Assembly: GCA_001938485.1 (NCBI GenBank)
Contig: MQRK01019757.1
Coordinates: forward strand, 1-55,081
DNA length: 55,081 bases
Reading direction: 5' to 3'
Source: Girardia tigrina
Lineage: Eukaryota
Made by a program: the position numbers and the translations under genes. Below are positions 25,420 through 38,959 of this stretch, piece by piece. Position 1 is the first letter of the stretch. Every line of letters starts with the position of its first letter. The notes below the pieces were generated by a model. It made no database searches and was not told where the DNA came from. It saw nothing but the letters and a program-made list of their open reading frames with translations.

Positions 25420-26657
25420 CTCTAGTCTAGTTATGTCTATCTGATGGTCTAACAGACCTGAAAATGATTATACTTTTTATATTAATGAAATTTTGTATAT
25501 GGCATTCTAGATCGAACTGATCCGACAAGCATATATAAATTAGCAAATATATATGTCGGATTCTTCGTCATTAGAACGCAAAACTACATTTTATTTCATT
25601 GTAAAACATATTTTAATTAAATTAACAAAAGATTTATATTACTTTAAAATTGTTTTAATGTTTTTATTTTATTTATAAAACTTATTATAAAATTTTTACA
25701 GATGATGTTTAAATATTTTACAGTTTTAAATTTTAAAAATTCTAAAAATTTATGAGATTTCAAAAACTCCTCTCGATTTATATTTACAATAAGTTTTTCT
25801 TTAAAATAACAAAAGTGATAGATTATGAATTATTGTGTTTTTTCTTTTTTTGCGATATTAATTTATTATTTATTTTTATGGATTTCTTCGGACAGCTTGA
25901 CCGTTTGAATTTTACGTGTCATATGATTTGTATGTTTCAGTTTTAATTATTCATACAGGTTAATTTAAGTTTTAAGTATATTCTAAGCATTTTTTTTAAC
26001 TATTACAACGGAATTTTTATCATAATTATAACCAAAATTTTTATTTTTTGAATCAAAAATTTAATTAAAAATTAAAATTAATTTATTTATTTTTGTTTGA
26101 AGAAATTTACGTTAAATTTGTTTGATAAAAAAAGAAATGAACTATTAGATAAAAAATATTTGTAAATTTTATTTAGCGATTTCAGAACTGCAATTTCTGA
26201 TATTTTTCTTTTATCTGTAAATTACGATTAATAATTCTTCAAAAAAAATGATTCTAACAAACATTAAATCTAATAAGATTAAACAAATCCTTTCACAACT
26301 AAAGCAATTTTACCTCATAAAATACAGACAAAATTTTTTAATCTTCACATAAATCATTTATAATTAGTTACTTAGTCCCACAAATAATTTCATCAGCCAT
26401 ATATAAATAAAATTATAAATTGTTGCGTTAATATTTCTAATTATTAAATATTTAAAATACAATAAATCACTGGAAATATTTTTATTCCATTTGATTAACT
26501 TTTTTTGCTCTTTTAATTTTTGTTATTCTGAAATATATCAAGCTTATATTTTCCTGTATAATTAAAGAATTATCTTATAGCGTTTGAATATAAACACTGT
26601 GAATTATGTATGAAAATATTTTAAACTTATTATACATATACTTATTATACATATATA

Positions 26658-26940
26658 CAAAGTTGTCCCAAAATATTATTATCGTTTTTTTTATATTTCA
26701 TTACATTTGTTTATCTATTTCTATAATTCACTAACTTTCTGGAACCAAATTAAGCATCATTTTGAAGATCTTGAATAGGCAAATCTATTTCTATTATACA
26801 TTTTTCATTGTTGATTTACTGTATTAAATGTAATAAAAATGACTGAAAAAGACGTTTATTTAAATTATTTTACTTTCCTTCTGGAAAAAGGTTTTACTTG
26901 GCAGCTTCGGCTCATGAATTCTGCCATTATTAAGGGCGAC
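26658..26940 (+). mobile_element. Mariner-like 5' end remnant
   Basis: TA|CAAAGTTGTCCCAAA terminus and a degraded N-terminal HTH (ILLSFWKKG..AASAHEFC). Confidence 0.45.
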
Positions 26941-28392
26941 CATCACTGGTAAATCAGGAACAGTTCGAGGATCCACTGTTCTGTCAGAAGATGTCGGAAC
27001 TTCCAAATGCCCAGTTGCCGTCATCTGCTATACCATCCGCTGAAGTTGAAGCGCCTCTAAGAATTTGCTCTACAACTTCTTTGGTATTTTGGTCAAAAAT
27101 TCATATATTTCTTCAAGTACTCCTTGTAAAGAAATTAAAATCCATTAAAGATGCAACTAACCGATTCATTGTAGACCAGCGGCGAATTTAGCATGGACGG
27201 GGCCCCTAGCGGTCAGAGTGAATGGGGGCCGCATAAAAATAATAAAAAACTACATGCTTAAAAAAAGTTTATTTTACATGTGTCGTAACCTTGTATGAGG
27301 AAACCAGACTTGATGTGTCGTTGGTATTGGTAACAGATTTAGTAGATTGAATAAATGATGGTTTATCATGCTTCATAACTATTTCTTTTTCTTTTATCTT
27401 TATATACTTTTATGAAAACCCGAAGAGGTAAGTGAGCAATATAAAATAAATTATGTATTGAGTAAATTATTCTTTACAAGGTTACCTCTTTAGGTTAAGA
27501 CACTAATGTATACTTTAAGGAATAATTTAAGACTAATTAACCTAATGTAGTATTACTACAACATACAATATAAAATTAAAAAAAAATTGTCATTTTTTTT
27601 ATTTCATACAATGCTGTAAAAAAATTAATTTTTTAAACAAAAAACTCATTTTTAGTAGCTATTTATACCAACAATAAACCAGTTCCATTGGTTCGTGACA
27701 TGCTATAAAAATTGCTTAAATATTAATTGTTAAATATTTTATCTCGATTATCTTTAACCCGAGATTCAAAACACAACAAAAAATATTTCTTATTTTCTAA
27801 ACATCCTTCCTAAATTCTAAGAAATTAGATATACATTTTCCAAATAAAACGAAAGGTTTATAATAGGTGATCTTTCAAAAAAAATATATTTATTATTCGA
27901 AAATTCTTTAAGTTTATTAACAAACTAAACAAATTCAAAGAGCAACAACTATATTTTACGTAAACCTTTTTCTTTTTTTTCGGCACACAAAAAAAATTAA
28001 AATTTTTTTTATTCTTAAACAATCTCGGAGCCCCTTGCGACCGCCAGGTTTGACACCCGTTAATTCCGCCCCTGTTGTGGACAAATATCCATATCACTCC
28101 CAGGCTTTAGAAAGAAATGTTAAGGACGTAGCTCCGCAAGCAAAAGAGTTTTTAGTCATCATTGGAGACGCGGTATGATTCTCCAGCAGAAGAAATTGAG
28201 AATGGAGCATCCCAAAATGGAAAAGAAAACAGATGTTACGTAGAATTAATCAATTTAACATGTTATATCAATAAAATATTTGAATAATATTTTTTTCATT
28301 CTTAAGTGAAGTTTCATTTATTTTATTGATGTCACTTCAAATTTAGATATTTTTGAATTATTGGCTATTTTGAATGAGAGTTGCACCCCCTA
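26941..28392 (+). mobile_element. DNA-transposase C-terminal remnant (superfamily unassigned), split by a hAT MITE
   Basis: Removing 27177-28074 and one TSD copy gives NRFIVDKYPYHSQALERNVKDV, resembling the PCHxQAVERxVKxV motif of DDE transposases. Possible terminus CACCCCCTA near 28392. Confidence 0.5.
27177..28074. mobile_element. Non-autonomous hAT element (898 bp)
   Basis: TIRs CAGCGGCGAATT / AATTCCGCCCCTG. 8-bp TSD TTGTAGAC / TTGTGGAC. GGGGCCC subterminal motifs. Confidence 0.85.
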
Positions 28393-31300
28393 ATGAGTTT
28401 GGAGAGAAAACATTTTAATGTCATCTTATTCAGGACAGAAAGGGGCACCTTTTTCCCTATGTTTGAATCGTGCAACAAAATTTTTTACTTTTTCTCCCAA
28501 CCATAATATTTTATATATTTTAAAATAGAATAATAAATTTTAATAAATAATATTATAAATTTTTTTTAGAATTATTTGTTTGATTGAAATGGTTATCTTT
28601 TTTTCAGCAGAATTTAATTTTAAATATTCTGAACTATATAATTATAGTTGTTTTGTCTGCGAATATTTCATTTGAATAATAATTTAATTCTTGAAAACAA
28701 ATGTTATTAACATTTCTTATTTTAATGATTATATAATATTTTATAAATAATAATCACACTTTTTAATTTGATTATTGGCAAAATTATTAACTTTTATTAT
28801 ACTAATGTTAACATTTAATATAAAATTTTATATTCTCTGTTATATTTAATTATTATTTTATTTATATAATTACATATAATAATATGTTCTTGAAATTTTC
28901 AAAAAAAATTGTTTGCGAAATTGGATATAACTTAGTTTCTGAGTTTTTGTTTATGAAACATTAACCATCCTCATTATATACTCACATATGATTGATTAAA
29001 GAAGCAATAATTTGATTTACATTGTTGAGACACTTAACTTTTAAAAACGTTTCCATGGAGATAGAAAACAAAATCAAATGACAAAGGAAGAACCATCATC
29101 GTCAGATTAAAGACTAATTTCCTCGTTTACTGGTATACATGTGAATTATGAAATCAGTTGCCTGAAATCATGCAAATCCAAGATTCTGAATTAGTCGGTT
29201 AGGATTGCCATTTAAACATTAATTTTAAGGTTACGTCAATCCAAATAATTAGACAGTCCGATAAATTTTTGCTTTAAAAAAATTTTATGAATAAATTCAT
29301 CATATTTCTAGTAATTCAAAAGCCCTGATTCCGAACCTAATGTCCGTTCTTGTCGCTATACGTCCATCAGTATTTAAATGCGAGAAATCTTTCCCCATTT
29401 AGGCCTAATTTAGGTAGAATTTGTGAACTGAGAACTACTGTAGTTATACAGAAAACGCTTTAATCATTTTTGGTGTCCATTTCCTCGTTTTCCCTTTTCT
29501 GATATCTTCAACAAATCGTTTTATTTCTTCGTTATTCTTATTCATTCTCGTCTCCATCTTTCCTTTCTTGGCTTCTTCATGCATCGTCTGACATTGGTTA
29601 CACAATTCGCAAGAATTTCTAGACATCGCGTCAGCATTGAAATGTTTCTCACCTTTCCGTTATTCTATTCTCATATCAAGACCACTAAGAACATTTATCC
29701 ACGTTTGAAACTGTGGTGTAATAGGATTTTTCGTTGTCATCATAAAAGTGATAGCTTTATGATCCGTTCGTAACAAAAATCTTTTCTCATACAAAAAATG
29801 TTTAAAATTTTGAGTGAAATAATAAATTGCAAGCAGTTCTTTCCTTGTTATGCAATAACCAAGTTCATGTTTATTCATTTTATGGGAACCATATGCAATT
29901 ACTCTTTCTCTTCCACATATGTCTTTCTGTGATAGCACCGCTCCTATCGTATCAAAACTTGCATCTGTATCGAGTATAAAGTCTTTTGAAAAATCAGGGT
30001 ATGCCAAAATTGGTGTCTTAATCATTCTTTCTTTTAATTTTTGAAAGCTTCATCACATTCTTCAGTATAAATCAGTTTTTATCCTTGCTCTTACCACATA
30101 AGCCTTCTAAAACCTTTGCATATCTAGAGTAATCATTTATGAATTCCCTGTAGTAATTCGTCAAACCCAAAAAGCTTCGTAAATGTTTGATACATGATGG
30201 GTTTTGAAATTTTCTAATTGCATCAATCTTTGTTTTATCTGTCTCAATACCTTCTTTACCTATGATATATCCTAAAAAATTTTGTTTTCTACTAGGAATT
30301 GAAATTTCTCTAGATTTATTCTCAAGCCGGATTCTTTAATTTTCTCAAATACTTTATGTATTCTTTGAAGATGTTCTTCTCTATCTTTTGCAAAAATCAA
30401 AAGATCATCCAAATATACGATTGCGTCTTTCCAATTCAAATCTCCTAGAACTTTCACCATTAATTCTTGAAAGGTAGCTGGAGCCGCTGCAATTCCAAAA
30501 GGCATTCTTTTAAAATAATATTGACCACTCTTTGTTGAAAACGCAGTTTTAATCTTTGATTATTCTTCTAATTCAACCTGATAATATGCATTTCCCAGAT
30601 CGATTGTTTTAAAATATTTTGCTCCATTCAACTTGTTTAACATTTCATCCACATTTGGCATGTACTCCTTCTTTTGCTTTTGTACTCCTTCAATTATTAC
30701 TTTTAATTTAACAATTCCATAATTTATAAGTTCTGAATCATTTGTGCAATGAATGCGTTTACTCGTTTCTTTATCTGAACATCTTTCATACTTTTAAATA
30801 TATCTGCTTTAACAACATTTACTTTGGCACCGGTATCCAAAAGACATTCAACATTCATATTCTTTGTATTAAATTCAATGTTTGGTCTTCGACTCAATTT
30901 GTCATATCTAATATTGAGCTTTGATATTTTCAACATTTCTGCCTTTTTCAACTTTTTCGATTTTATCTTTATCTCCTTATAAAAACAGTATGTTTCAAAT
31001 TCTTATTTCCATCAATCTAATTCACAAACTTCAAGATGGGTATCTTCCAACACACAGTCACACATACACAGTTATACATACCATTACATACACACACATT
31101 TTTACTTTTTAGTGAAGTACGCTGATCACTTCTCAATGTGATCGTGCATCCTCGTTTCCCTGGTCTTTGTCGTATACTTGTCTTTTATCTTTAAATATTT
31201 TTTGCCTCGAGTTTCCTTCATTTGATCGTGTTTCTTCATATTTGTTGTAATTATTGTCATCATGCATTTCTGCAATATCATATCTTCGATTTTGATGCCT

Positions 31301-32146
31301 CTGTTGATGTCGTGGGTTATTTGTTCTTTGCCATTCATTTTTTCTGGCATCTTGGTCTCTTTCTTTAAATCTATTCTTGTTCATGTACCATTGCGTCCTG
31401 ATATGGTCATTTTTGTGGCAATAAGAACACTTTATATTTGGTCAGTTTCTTCTTATGTGTCCTTCTTCGTGGTATGCACAGCATTTTACAACTTTTGAAT
31501 AGTTATTTCTCGGTTTGAATTCATTATTTCCATGATTACTGTACCTTTTTTTCGAAATTTCTTTGTTGGTTTCGTTCTTTATGGTGTGGTTTATTTTTGC
31601 CTACCGTTTTCCATTCATCATGTTTACCTACCGTATTGTATGCCGCAACTGTTTCTTCATTTTCCCTTTTGCGTAGTTCATACATATTTGAAACTACATC
31701 TTTCATGTCCTTAGTTTCTGTAGCTTCTCTCAATTTCAATTCTCTTTTCACCTCATAATCATCAACCATATTCATGCAAACATGGTTGAGCAGCTTTTTC
31801 TTATAAAGTTTGCTTTCTGTTAATATCATTACTAATTCTTCGGCTGTTTTGAATGTTTCTACCGGATCTGAAGATCCCCACCGGAGATTTAAAATATCCT
31901 TCATTGTGTCAAGCAGAGATTTTTCTTTCACAAATGCCGTTTTCAGTTTTTCTTTGTACGTATTTTCATCTGCTTCTGAAAATTTTGTGATTGCTGATGG
32001 AGTCATGAAGATAGTCACCATTACTTATAGCTTCTGTTATATCCATAATATCAGCATAAAATTCGAAATTTTTTATGAAGTCATCTAATTTCGACTCGGA
32101 TCCATCGAATTTTTTGTGTACCATAATGTTCGTTGTCACATGAGCT

Positions 32147-32156
32147 GTGGTCGCCA
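32147..32156 (-). promoter_or_regulatory. Primer-binding site TGGCGACCAC (tRNA-Arg type)
   Basis: Directly abuts the LTR end. Complementary to a tRNA 3' end ...GUGGUCGCCA, as in tRNA-Arg. The tRNA identity is inferred. Confidence 0.8.
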
Positions 32157-32570
32157 TATTAACAACATCAATATGAGGTTTACAACATTTAGTAATATCA
32201 CAAGCGCATTCCCTATTAAACTTTTTTCTTGATCAATATATTTCTGAATTCATACTAAATATTTTCAATAAATGAAAATCTGTTAATGAAAATTATTAAT
32301 TATAAAGAATCTAATTGGTTGAAATTAAATCTAAACATTTTTAAAAAAGTAAATATTAAATTATAATATTAAAATTTTAAATTACATTAAAAAATAAATA
32401 ATACATTCAAAAATTATTTTAAATTTTTTTACTTTAAAATTAAATTAAATTATTTTTAATTAGTAGGAATCAAAGAAAATACCAATCATCCATCTGTGTA
32501 GGAGAGACACAATCCGGAATCAACATACAACATGCACAATATCACCACACAATTCAAAACATTCCTCACA
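32157..32570 (-). repeat. 5' LTR (TG...TA)
   Basis: TGTGAGGAATG...CATATTGATGTTGTTAATA, homologous to the solo LTR at 5264-5722 and followed by the PBS and gag. Confidence 0.92.
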
Positions 32571-32679
32571 ATGCTATTTGTAAAATAATCACGACTTTAT
32601 TTTATTTTGGAATATTCAAACAAAGTTCTTTTTTAAAAAATTTTTATAAATATAGATATGACAAATATTATGCATGGTA

Positions 32680-33175
32680 ATTAAATCTTGAAGATTAATT
32701 GTCGAAAATTAAGTCTTGAAAATTAAGTCACAAAAATTAAAATTTACGTCATTTTTTAAATCTCAGAAAATTATATCTAATACTCATTGTTTAAAATTAC
32801 TCATTTAAAATTTTAAATTTGTAAAATAATTTTCAAAAATTAAGAAAATAAATGAAAAATTTAATAAATTTTAGAAAAAAATAAAATATAAGATAATTAA
32901 AAAATTCCATTACATTTGAGAAAAATTTTAAAAATTCCAGTAAATTCTAAAAATTTAAAAGCCTAATTTAATTTTCTAAAATTTGCTGGAATTTTTTATT
33001 TTTTCCTGAAATTTACTGGATCTTTTAATTTTTTAAAAAAATTTACTGGAACTTTTAAACATTTTGATATTTATTAGATTTTTCATTTATTTTTCTTTAC
33101 TTTTAAAATTTATTTTACAAATTTCAAATTGTATTAAAAATTGAAGTTTTAAAAAAATTAACTTTGAGACTTATA
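32680..33175. mobile_element. Degraded foldback/Mutator-like MITE related to 39992-40521
   Basis: GAAAATTAAGTC repeats and inverted arrays of the ~30-bp AAATTCCAGTAAATT unit. Confidence 0.55.
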
Positions 33176-33499
33176 AATTATTGAAAATCTAAAAATTGTA
33201 TTTTTTTTATTTTCGGGTAGGTGTGCCGTGAGTTTTTTTAATTTTTTAGTGTGCCGCGAGTGAGAAAAGTCTAAAAAAACACTGGGCTAAAGTCTACATA
33301 GAGTTTGACTTCTGCTGTTTCTTTTCCTTTAGACACTTTGTTCCACCGTGAGTTGCGCCGCTTTGTAATACAATTTTAGTTTAAATTTTGGATAGTTTCT
33401 TCTAACTTACTTTCCAAATTCACCAATTGTCTGTGGTACTTAATATTTATTGATGAACCCTTTGTTAATATTTTGTGTTTATTTAGCAGTAACCCACAG

Positions 33500-35600
33500 A
33501 GATTGAAGATTCTAAACGAAGTTGTTTATTTAATATCGATAAAAGATCGTCAGCTAGAATCAACGCAGTTAAACCAGTTACAAATAATTTAACTAAGATA
33601 AAGGTTGGTCTAGACATAGCTGAATTATTTAATCTTAAACGTCATGCATGTAACAAGTAAGTATTTTTAGCCTTATTTAGATACGTTTTAATGTTTTCTT
33701 TTGACAACAATTCGGCTTGAAATTTATGGAAACTAAAAATGCGAAGTTAGGCGTCGAGATGGAAAACCTAGATGTCCTTATGAAAAAAACTTCAAGAATT
33801 TCATGATTATTGTAATAATATCCTATTAAAGCCGAAAGATGTAGCACTAAATGCCCAAATTACGACAAAGTTTCAAAAAACTCGCAACATTACAACACAA
33901 TTTAATGCTCAAAAACATAATCTTCTTTATTATTGATATCTGGATTGTCCAGAAGGCTTATATCTTTGCCTGGAATTTATAAATTATTTAAAATGGTGTG
34001 GACATTTGAAGGCTTATCTGTAGAAGAAATAAAAGTTTCAGCTCAAACTTTGGGACAAAAATATATAAATCTAATATCCATGAATTATTTGAAGAAGTGG
34101 TATTTTTGAAAAAATATGCATAATAAATTTTACTCCAGCAAAGTTACTGCAAAACATATTTGAATACAACTTACTTTACTTCTTTTCTAAATAATTGATA
34201 ATTTCTCAAATATTTTTTAAATTATCGGTTTTTGTTACTGTTGGGTTCTTGATCAAGATTATAATTCATTAACACCAAAAATTTATTAATAACACAATTA
34301 ACAATTATTCAAACAATTTTTAGTTAATAATTTTTTTTAATAAAAAATTGTTTGTCGAGGAACTTTTTCGTTTTCTTTTTGACCAGATTTTTTATATAAA
34401 AATATGAAATTATAAATATAAATAAACTGATAAGTTATTTTAAAATTGAAAANTTTTTATTCTATTTATTCTGAAAATTTACATTCCACTATTTATAAAT
34501 TAAAACCAACATAATTTTATAGTCATATTTTTACTAAATTAACCATAATGATTTTTTATTATTTTAGAATTAGGTTAATGCTATTTCTTTTTTGGTGAAA
34601 CATTAATAAAGATTTTAATGTTTTTTTTATTATCAATATTGCAGTTTAAAAGCATTTTTTACCTACAATTATTTTAAATACCATACAAATTTTATATACG
34701 ATTTAAATACAACAAAATAATTTACAATATTCAAATTTTTATTATTATTACGATACATTAATGATAAAAGTCTTAATATTTATTTCTATTTACGAAAACT
34801 GTTTATTTGTTAAATCTTTAATTTGCAGAATTTCAAACCTACTTTAAAACTTAAAATTATCTCTTTTTTTTACTTTACAACACTGGCAACAAAGTTTCTT
34901 ATTTTATTTTTTAGAATAACTTTTTAAAATTAGTACAACATCATTATCTTTGTCTTTATATATTTCTTTTAAATCAATTATTTAAAAATTCATTATTTCC
35001 GAATTAATTTCATTTTAAGTTTTTACAATACAATTAAAATTTGATTATTTTCGAAAATAACTTTTTTTAAATTAATTAAGATATATTTTTTTTGCTAAAA
35101 TTGCTTTAAAAACTTTTGATTTTAAATATTTAATTATTTTAGAAATTCTTTATAAAAATTAATTGTTTCAAAAATTTTGAAATTGAGCCCGACTTTCACA
35201 ATTACTTCTGAGGAAAAAAGCTTTAGTGTCGTGAAACAAATTAAAAATTAAATTGGTGCAAGAAAGATTGATTGGTTGGTCAAGTCTAAACATCAATTCT
35301 TATATGGCATGAAACTGAATTTTCAACCATTATTAAAGAATTAGCCGCAAGAAAAACAAAAAAAAATTTTCTATATATTTATGTTTTAATTTGTATTTTT
35401 GAATTGGAATTGTTATTTTATTTTGAATTCCACTATGAATTATATAATTTTTTTGTTGAAAATACTTTTTTAACTCATTATTATAATAATGAATTTATTT
35501 ATTTTATTTTTGGATGGTTTGAATTCAGATAAAAAGAAATGGTATAATTTGCTCCACGTTTTTATCTGGTCCGGCTCTATTTTATATATCTCAGGCCCTG
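33500..35600 (+). mobile_element. hAT (Tip100/ZMYM1-like) transposase remnant with right terminus
   Basis: RSSARINAVKP (TRWSAR motif) at ~33545. TSEEKSFSVVKQIKN...QERL...IIKELAARK (dimerisation domain) at 35190-35360. Ends AGGCCCTG. Confidence 0.7.
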
Positions 35601-36202
35601 TAATTATATAGTAATAATATTATATTTATTGTTATATCATAAAACCCAAAGAAAAGTTATAGTTTTATGGATATTTCCTTATATACAAATATTAATTAAT
35701 TTAGTTACAGATTGAATTGTCACTATTTCACATATTACCAAACAGCCATAAAATATGTCACTTCATTCAAAATTTATTTATATTTTTTTAGTCCTTTAAA
35801 TAAAATCATCATATTGTAATTTGAAAGTGGCAGTCGAACAAAAAAGAGGAAATAGAAGTCAATCAGATGGTGCATAATACCCTAATCCACAGTCTACTAA
35901 TTTTTTGCACTTGGTTAATATGATCCTTTTTAGTATTATTTTTATTAAATAAGACATTTATAAAGAAATAAAAAAAATAAAAATAGTTATATTTTGTAGC
36001 TTTAGAAAATGACTTTTCAAATTCAGATTTATTATTACTAATAATATCCTTTTTTGCATCATTTTTATTGCTTCTATAAACTTCCAATTGTTGGGGTGTT
36101 TTGCTAATGTTCCAAAATGTTTTACCAATAATTCATTTTTCTTCATGCATTTATGCTCTTAAATTGATGGGGACCCATAAAAGTTTCCCATGAGTAATTA
36201 AT

Positions 36203-36409
36203 ATGAATTCACCACAGAGAAAGACTAGTCCAGTGTGGAAATATTTTGATATACAGCCTACCGAGACACATTTCGCAATCTGTCAAGTATGTAAGCTAAT
36301 ATTGCTCTTTGACAATGAAGATACAAGGCAAATGATTTTGGCACATTTTTGTTCTAAACATTCAAAAAAGTTTGCTAGCCTCCAGGAAAATAAACAAGAG
36401 TACTACTGA
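36203..36409 (+). pseudogene. BED zinc-finger ORF, probably the N-terminus of a hAT transposase
   Basis: SPVWKYF...AICQVCK...T..M..H...KH is the zf-BED signature. The ORF stops after 68 aa. Confidence 0.8.
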
Positions 36410-36624
36410 CATTTTCCACTACTACTAATGACAATAACATACCACAGTTCAACAAACTCTAGAACACTGTTTAGCACGTATACAACGATCTCGACATCTT
36501 CCACAAAATGCAGTAAAACTCATCTTTTTCAAATTTAATTTGCATTTGCTTGATTGATGAACTGTTAAAGTATAATTTTGAAACTAGCTTCTTTTTTGCC
36601 TATCGATTTTCAGATGTGGGCCTC

Positions 36625-38916
36625 CCATCTCTTTCGAATGGTATTGAGCCTCTAGGCTCTTTAGAGGGTCCACCAAAACTAAAGAATCACTAGTAGCCCC
36701 CAAATAGACCTCCTACGTGGTCGGATAGTTTTGGTCTCCGATATCTTTTCGGCTTCCCTGTGAGAAACGACCACCCATGGGTTGTATAGCCATGGTTCTG
36801 CATACCTTTGGCTGTATTCGTGGACTTCGTACATCCGCGAAAGGGACATCTGAACTCCCCCTTTGCAGTTAGATCTGCAATCCTAAAAGTCAGATGTGTT
36901 TCTTCAGTACCTATCGCTTCTTCCACCGCCTTCGAGATAGTCGGGGGGTCCGTCACGGATTGAATCTGGTTGCCTGAAATGTTGAGGTTTTCTACGACTC
37001 TTTCTTCTGTGGTTGTACTGGTTTGCGCTGGTGTCATTGTCGGTTCTCTAATTTCTTCTCTCTCCTCCAATTTATGATCAAGGTAGAGGTGCCTGGTCAG
37101 CCACCCCTTCGTTTTGTACGACTTTTTGCATATTGTACATGGGAATGGCAATTGCTGTTGTTGTATCTCATTGAGCTCATCAGGATTAGCGGAAGTGGAC
37201 ACCGCGTGGTCCCTTTTCATGTGTCTGTTCAGCTCCTTCTTTTCGGTAAACTCCTTGTAGCATCTTTCTACTGGACATTGGTGACGTTTGTCTCTCTCAT
37301 TGATCAGCTTCGGTACAGTTGTTCATGTCCTATTGAATCTTCCTGATCGAATTAAGGAGTTTATGTATGTTTCCCTCGATACAGTAGGATCTCTGTGATT
37401 GATGCGGTTAATGAAATCTCCATACACCGCATCATCTCCAAATAGCCACTGTATGTCCACTCGAAGACATTCCGAAATTGATTGCTTCTTTCTCCCACTG
37501 ATCTTTTTCCCCATTTGTATTTATCCCTTCCAGATTCGTGTGATTGTCTCGTACTCCTCTGAAGTTTCCGTTTTACTGTGGAAAGTAAGCCGTTTACTCG
37601 CGATAATATCCATGGGATGTGGGAGTCCAATGTCCAGGGTGTCCATACGGATCTTTTCAATTTTGTGTTTCTTCCTTACTATGCGCGTGCATAGGTTATG
37701 AAGGGCATGCAATTTCTTAATATTCTTGTCCACAGTTCTCCAGCTTTCACAGCCGTAGTAGACTACGGAGAATATGCATGCGTTGATTACTTTCTTCTTA
37801 TTCCTCATACTCAGTTTAGAGCTCTTCAGCACTGGTCTCAGATCCCGGATCTTCTGGGTTCCTTTCTTTATTCTTTCTTTCAATTCCGCGTCCACATTTC
37901 CCGCTGAAGGGATCATGGATCCTAGGTAACAAAAGCTAGAGACCCACTCAATACCGACCTCAAGCTGGTGCCCAGCAGTAAGGATCCCAGTATCACCGTT
38001 TAGGTTCAAAACTTTGGTTTTACCGATGCTAATTTTCAGGCCTAAATCTAAAAAGGATGCATTTAAAATGTTCAAATTATTTATCAAGTTGTTCCAGTCC
38101 GTGTCGATGAGGCAAAGATCGTCAGCATAGGCTAGTCTGTTGATCTCAAGGAAGCTTCCATCTTCATGTTTCATCATCACTCCTCCAGAGAGACCGTTCA
38201 ATATTGCTCTTTTCACAACCGTGTCGAATACAATATTGAANNNNNNNNNCCCTAAAACACAACCTTGACGCACTCCTTTATCCATGTTGAAGGTTTCATC
38301 ACCTATAGAACCTTCGAATCCCTCATGGAAAGCTTTGATGATCTCTAACATTCTCCCCCTTATCCCTAGTATCTTTAAACAGCTCCAGAGAGACTCCCGG
38401 GGGACACTGTCGAATGCCTTCTCCAAGTCCATAACATACATATTAATGTTCTTGTATCGCGCTTCCTCCTGCAATTTCCTCTAGATACTTATAGGCAACT
38501 GAGTTCCTCTGCCCGGCCGGAATCCATACTGTCACTCGTCCAGTATCGCTTCGGTGATCGGAGTGATTCGGTTCGCGATGATTCTGGCTAGAATCTTTCC
38601 TCCTACATCTAAAAGAAAAATGCCTCGGTAGTTATTCTGATCTTTTCGAGAGCCTTTCCCTTTGAAAAGGACCACCATTGTGGCCTCTCTCCAACTAGGT
38701 GGGAATGCCTCTAATCCGCTCCATATGTTCCTAAAGCACTCCTCCAGTAAGGTTAGTATTTTCACACCCCCCACTTATAGATTTCAGGGATCAATCCATC
38801 AGATCCCGAGGCTGTCCCACTCTTCAACTTCTTCACTGCCTCTGTTATTTCTTCTCTCGTCGGAGGAGTATCCAAATCATCGAGATTTAGAGTGTCTCCA
38901 GCGATATCGCTATTCC
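36625..38916 (-). mobile_element. 5'-truncated RTE-like non-LTR retrotransposon: RT plus C-terminal extension with two C2H2 fingers
   Basis: PPTREEI..K..GSDG, NYRGIFLL, QYGFRPGRGT, DLEKAFDSV, GVRQGC, YADD, FCYLGS, YGCESW. ORFs 38532-38774, 37521-38474, 37323-37514 and 36690-37220 share one frame broken by stops. Confidence 0.95.
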
Positions 38917-38926
38917 TCGGTAGTAC

Positions 38927-38959
<33 letters not shown>

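Larger units (their letters stand above)
29444..32570 (-). mobile_element. Degenerate Ty3/Gypsy LTR retrotransposon (5'LTR-PBS-gag-PR-RT-RNase H; integrase and 3'LTR missing)
   Basis: Gag KKFDGS..., two decayed CCHC knuckles at ~31385-31490, protease LLDTGA, RT MPFG...YLDD, RNase H DTDAS...KELLAI...RTDH. Many stops and frameshifts. Confidence 0.96.

Noticed and set aside
36646-36675. Histone-type 3' stem-loop
   Set aside because: It only superficially resembles GGCTCTTTTCAGAGCC, there is no histone ORF, and it is explained as the LINE 3' hairpin.
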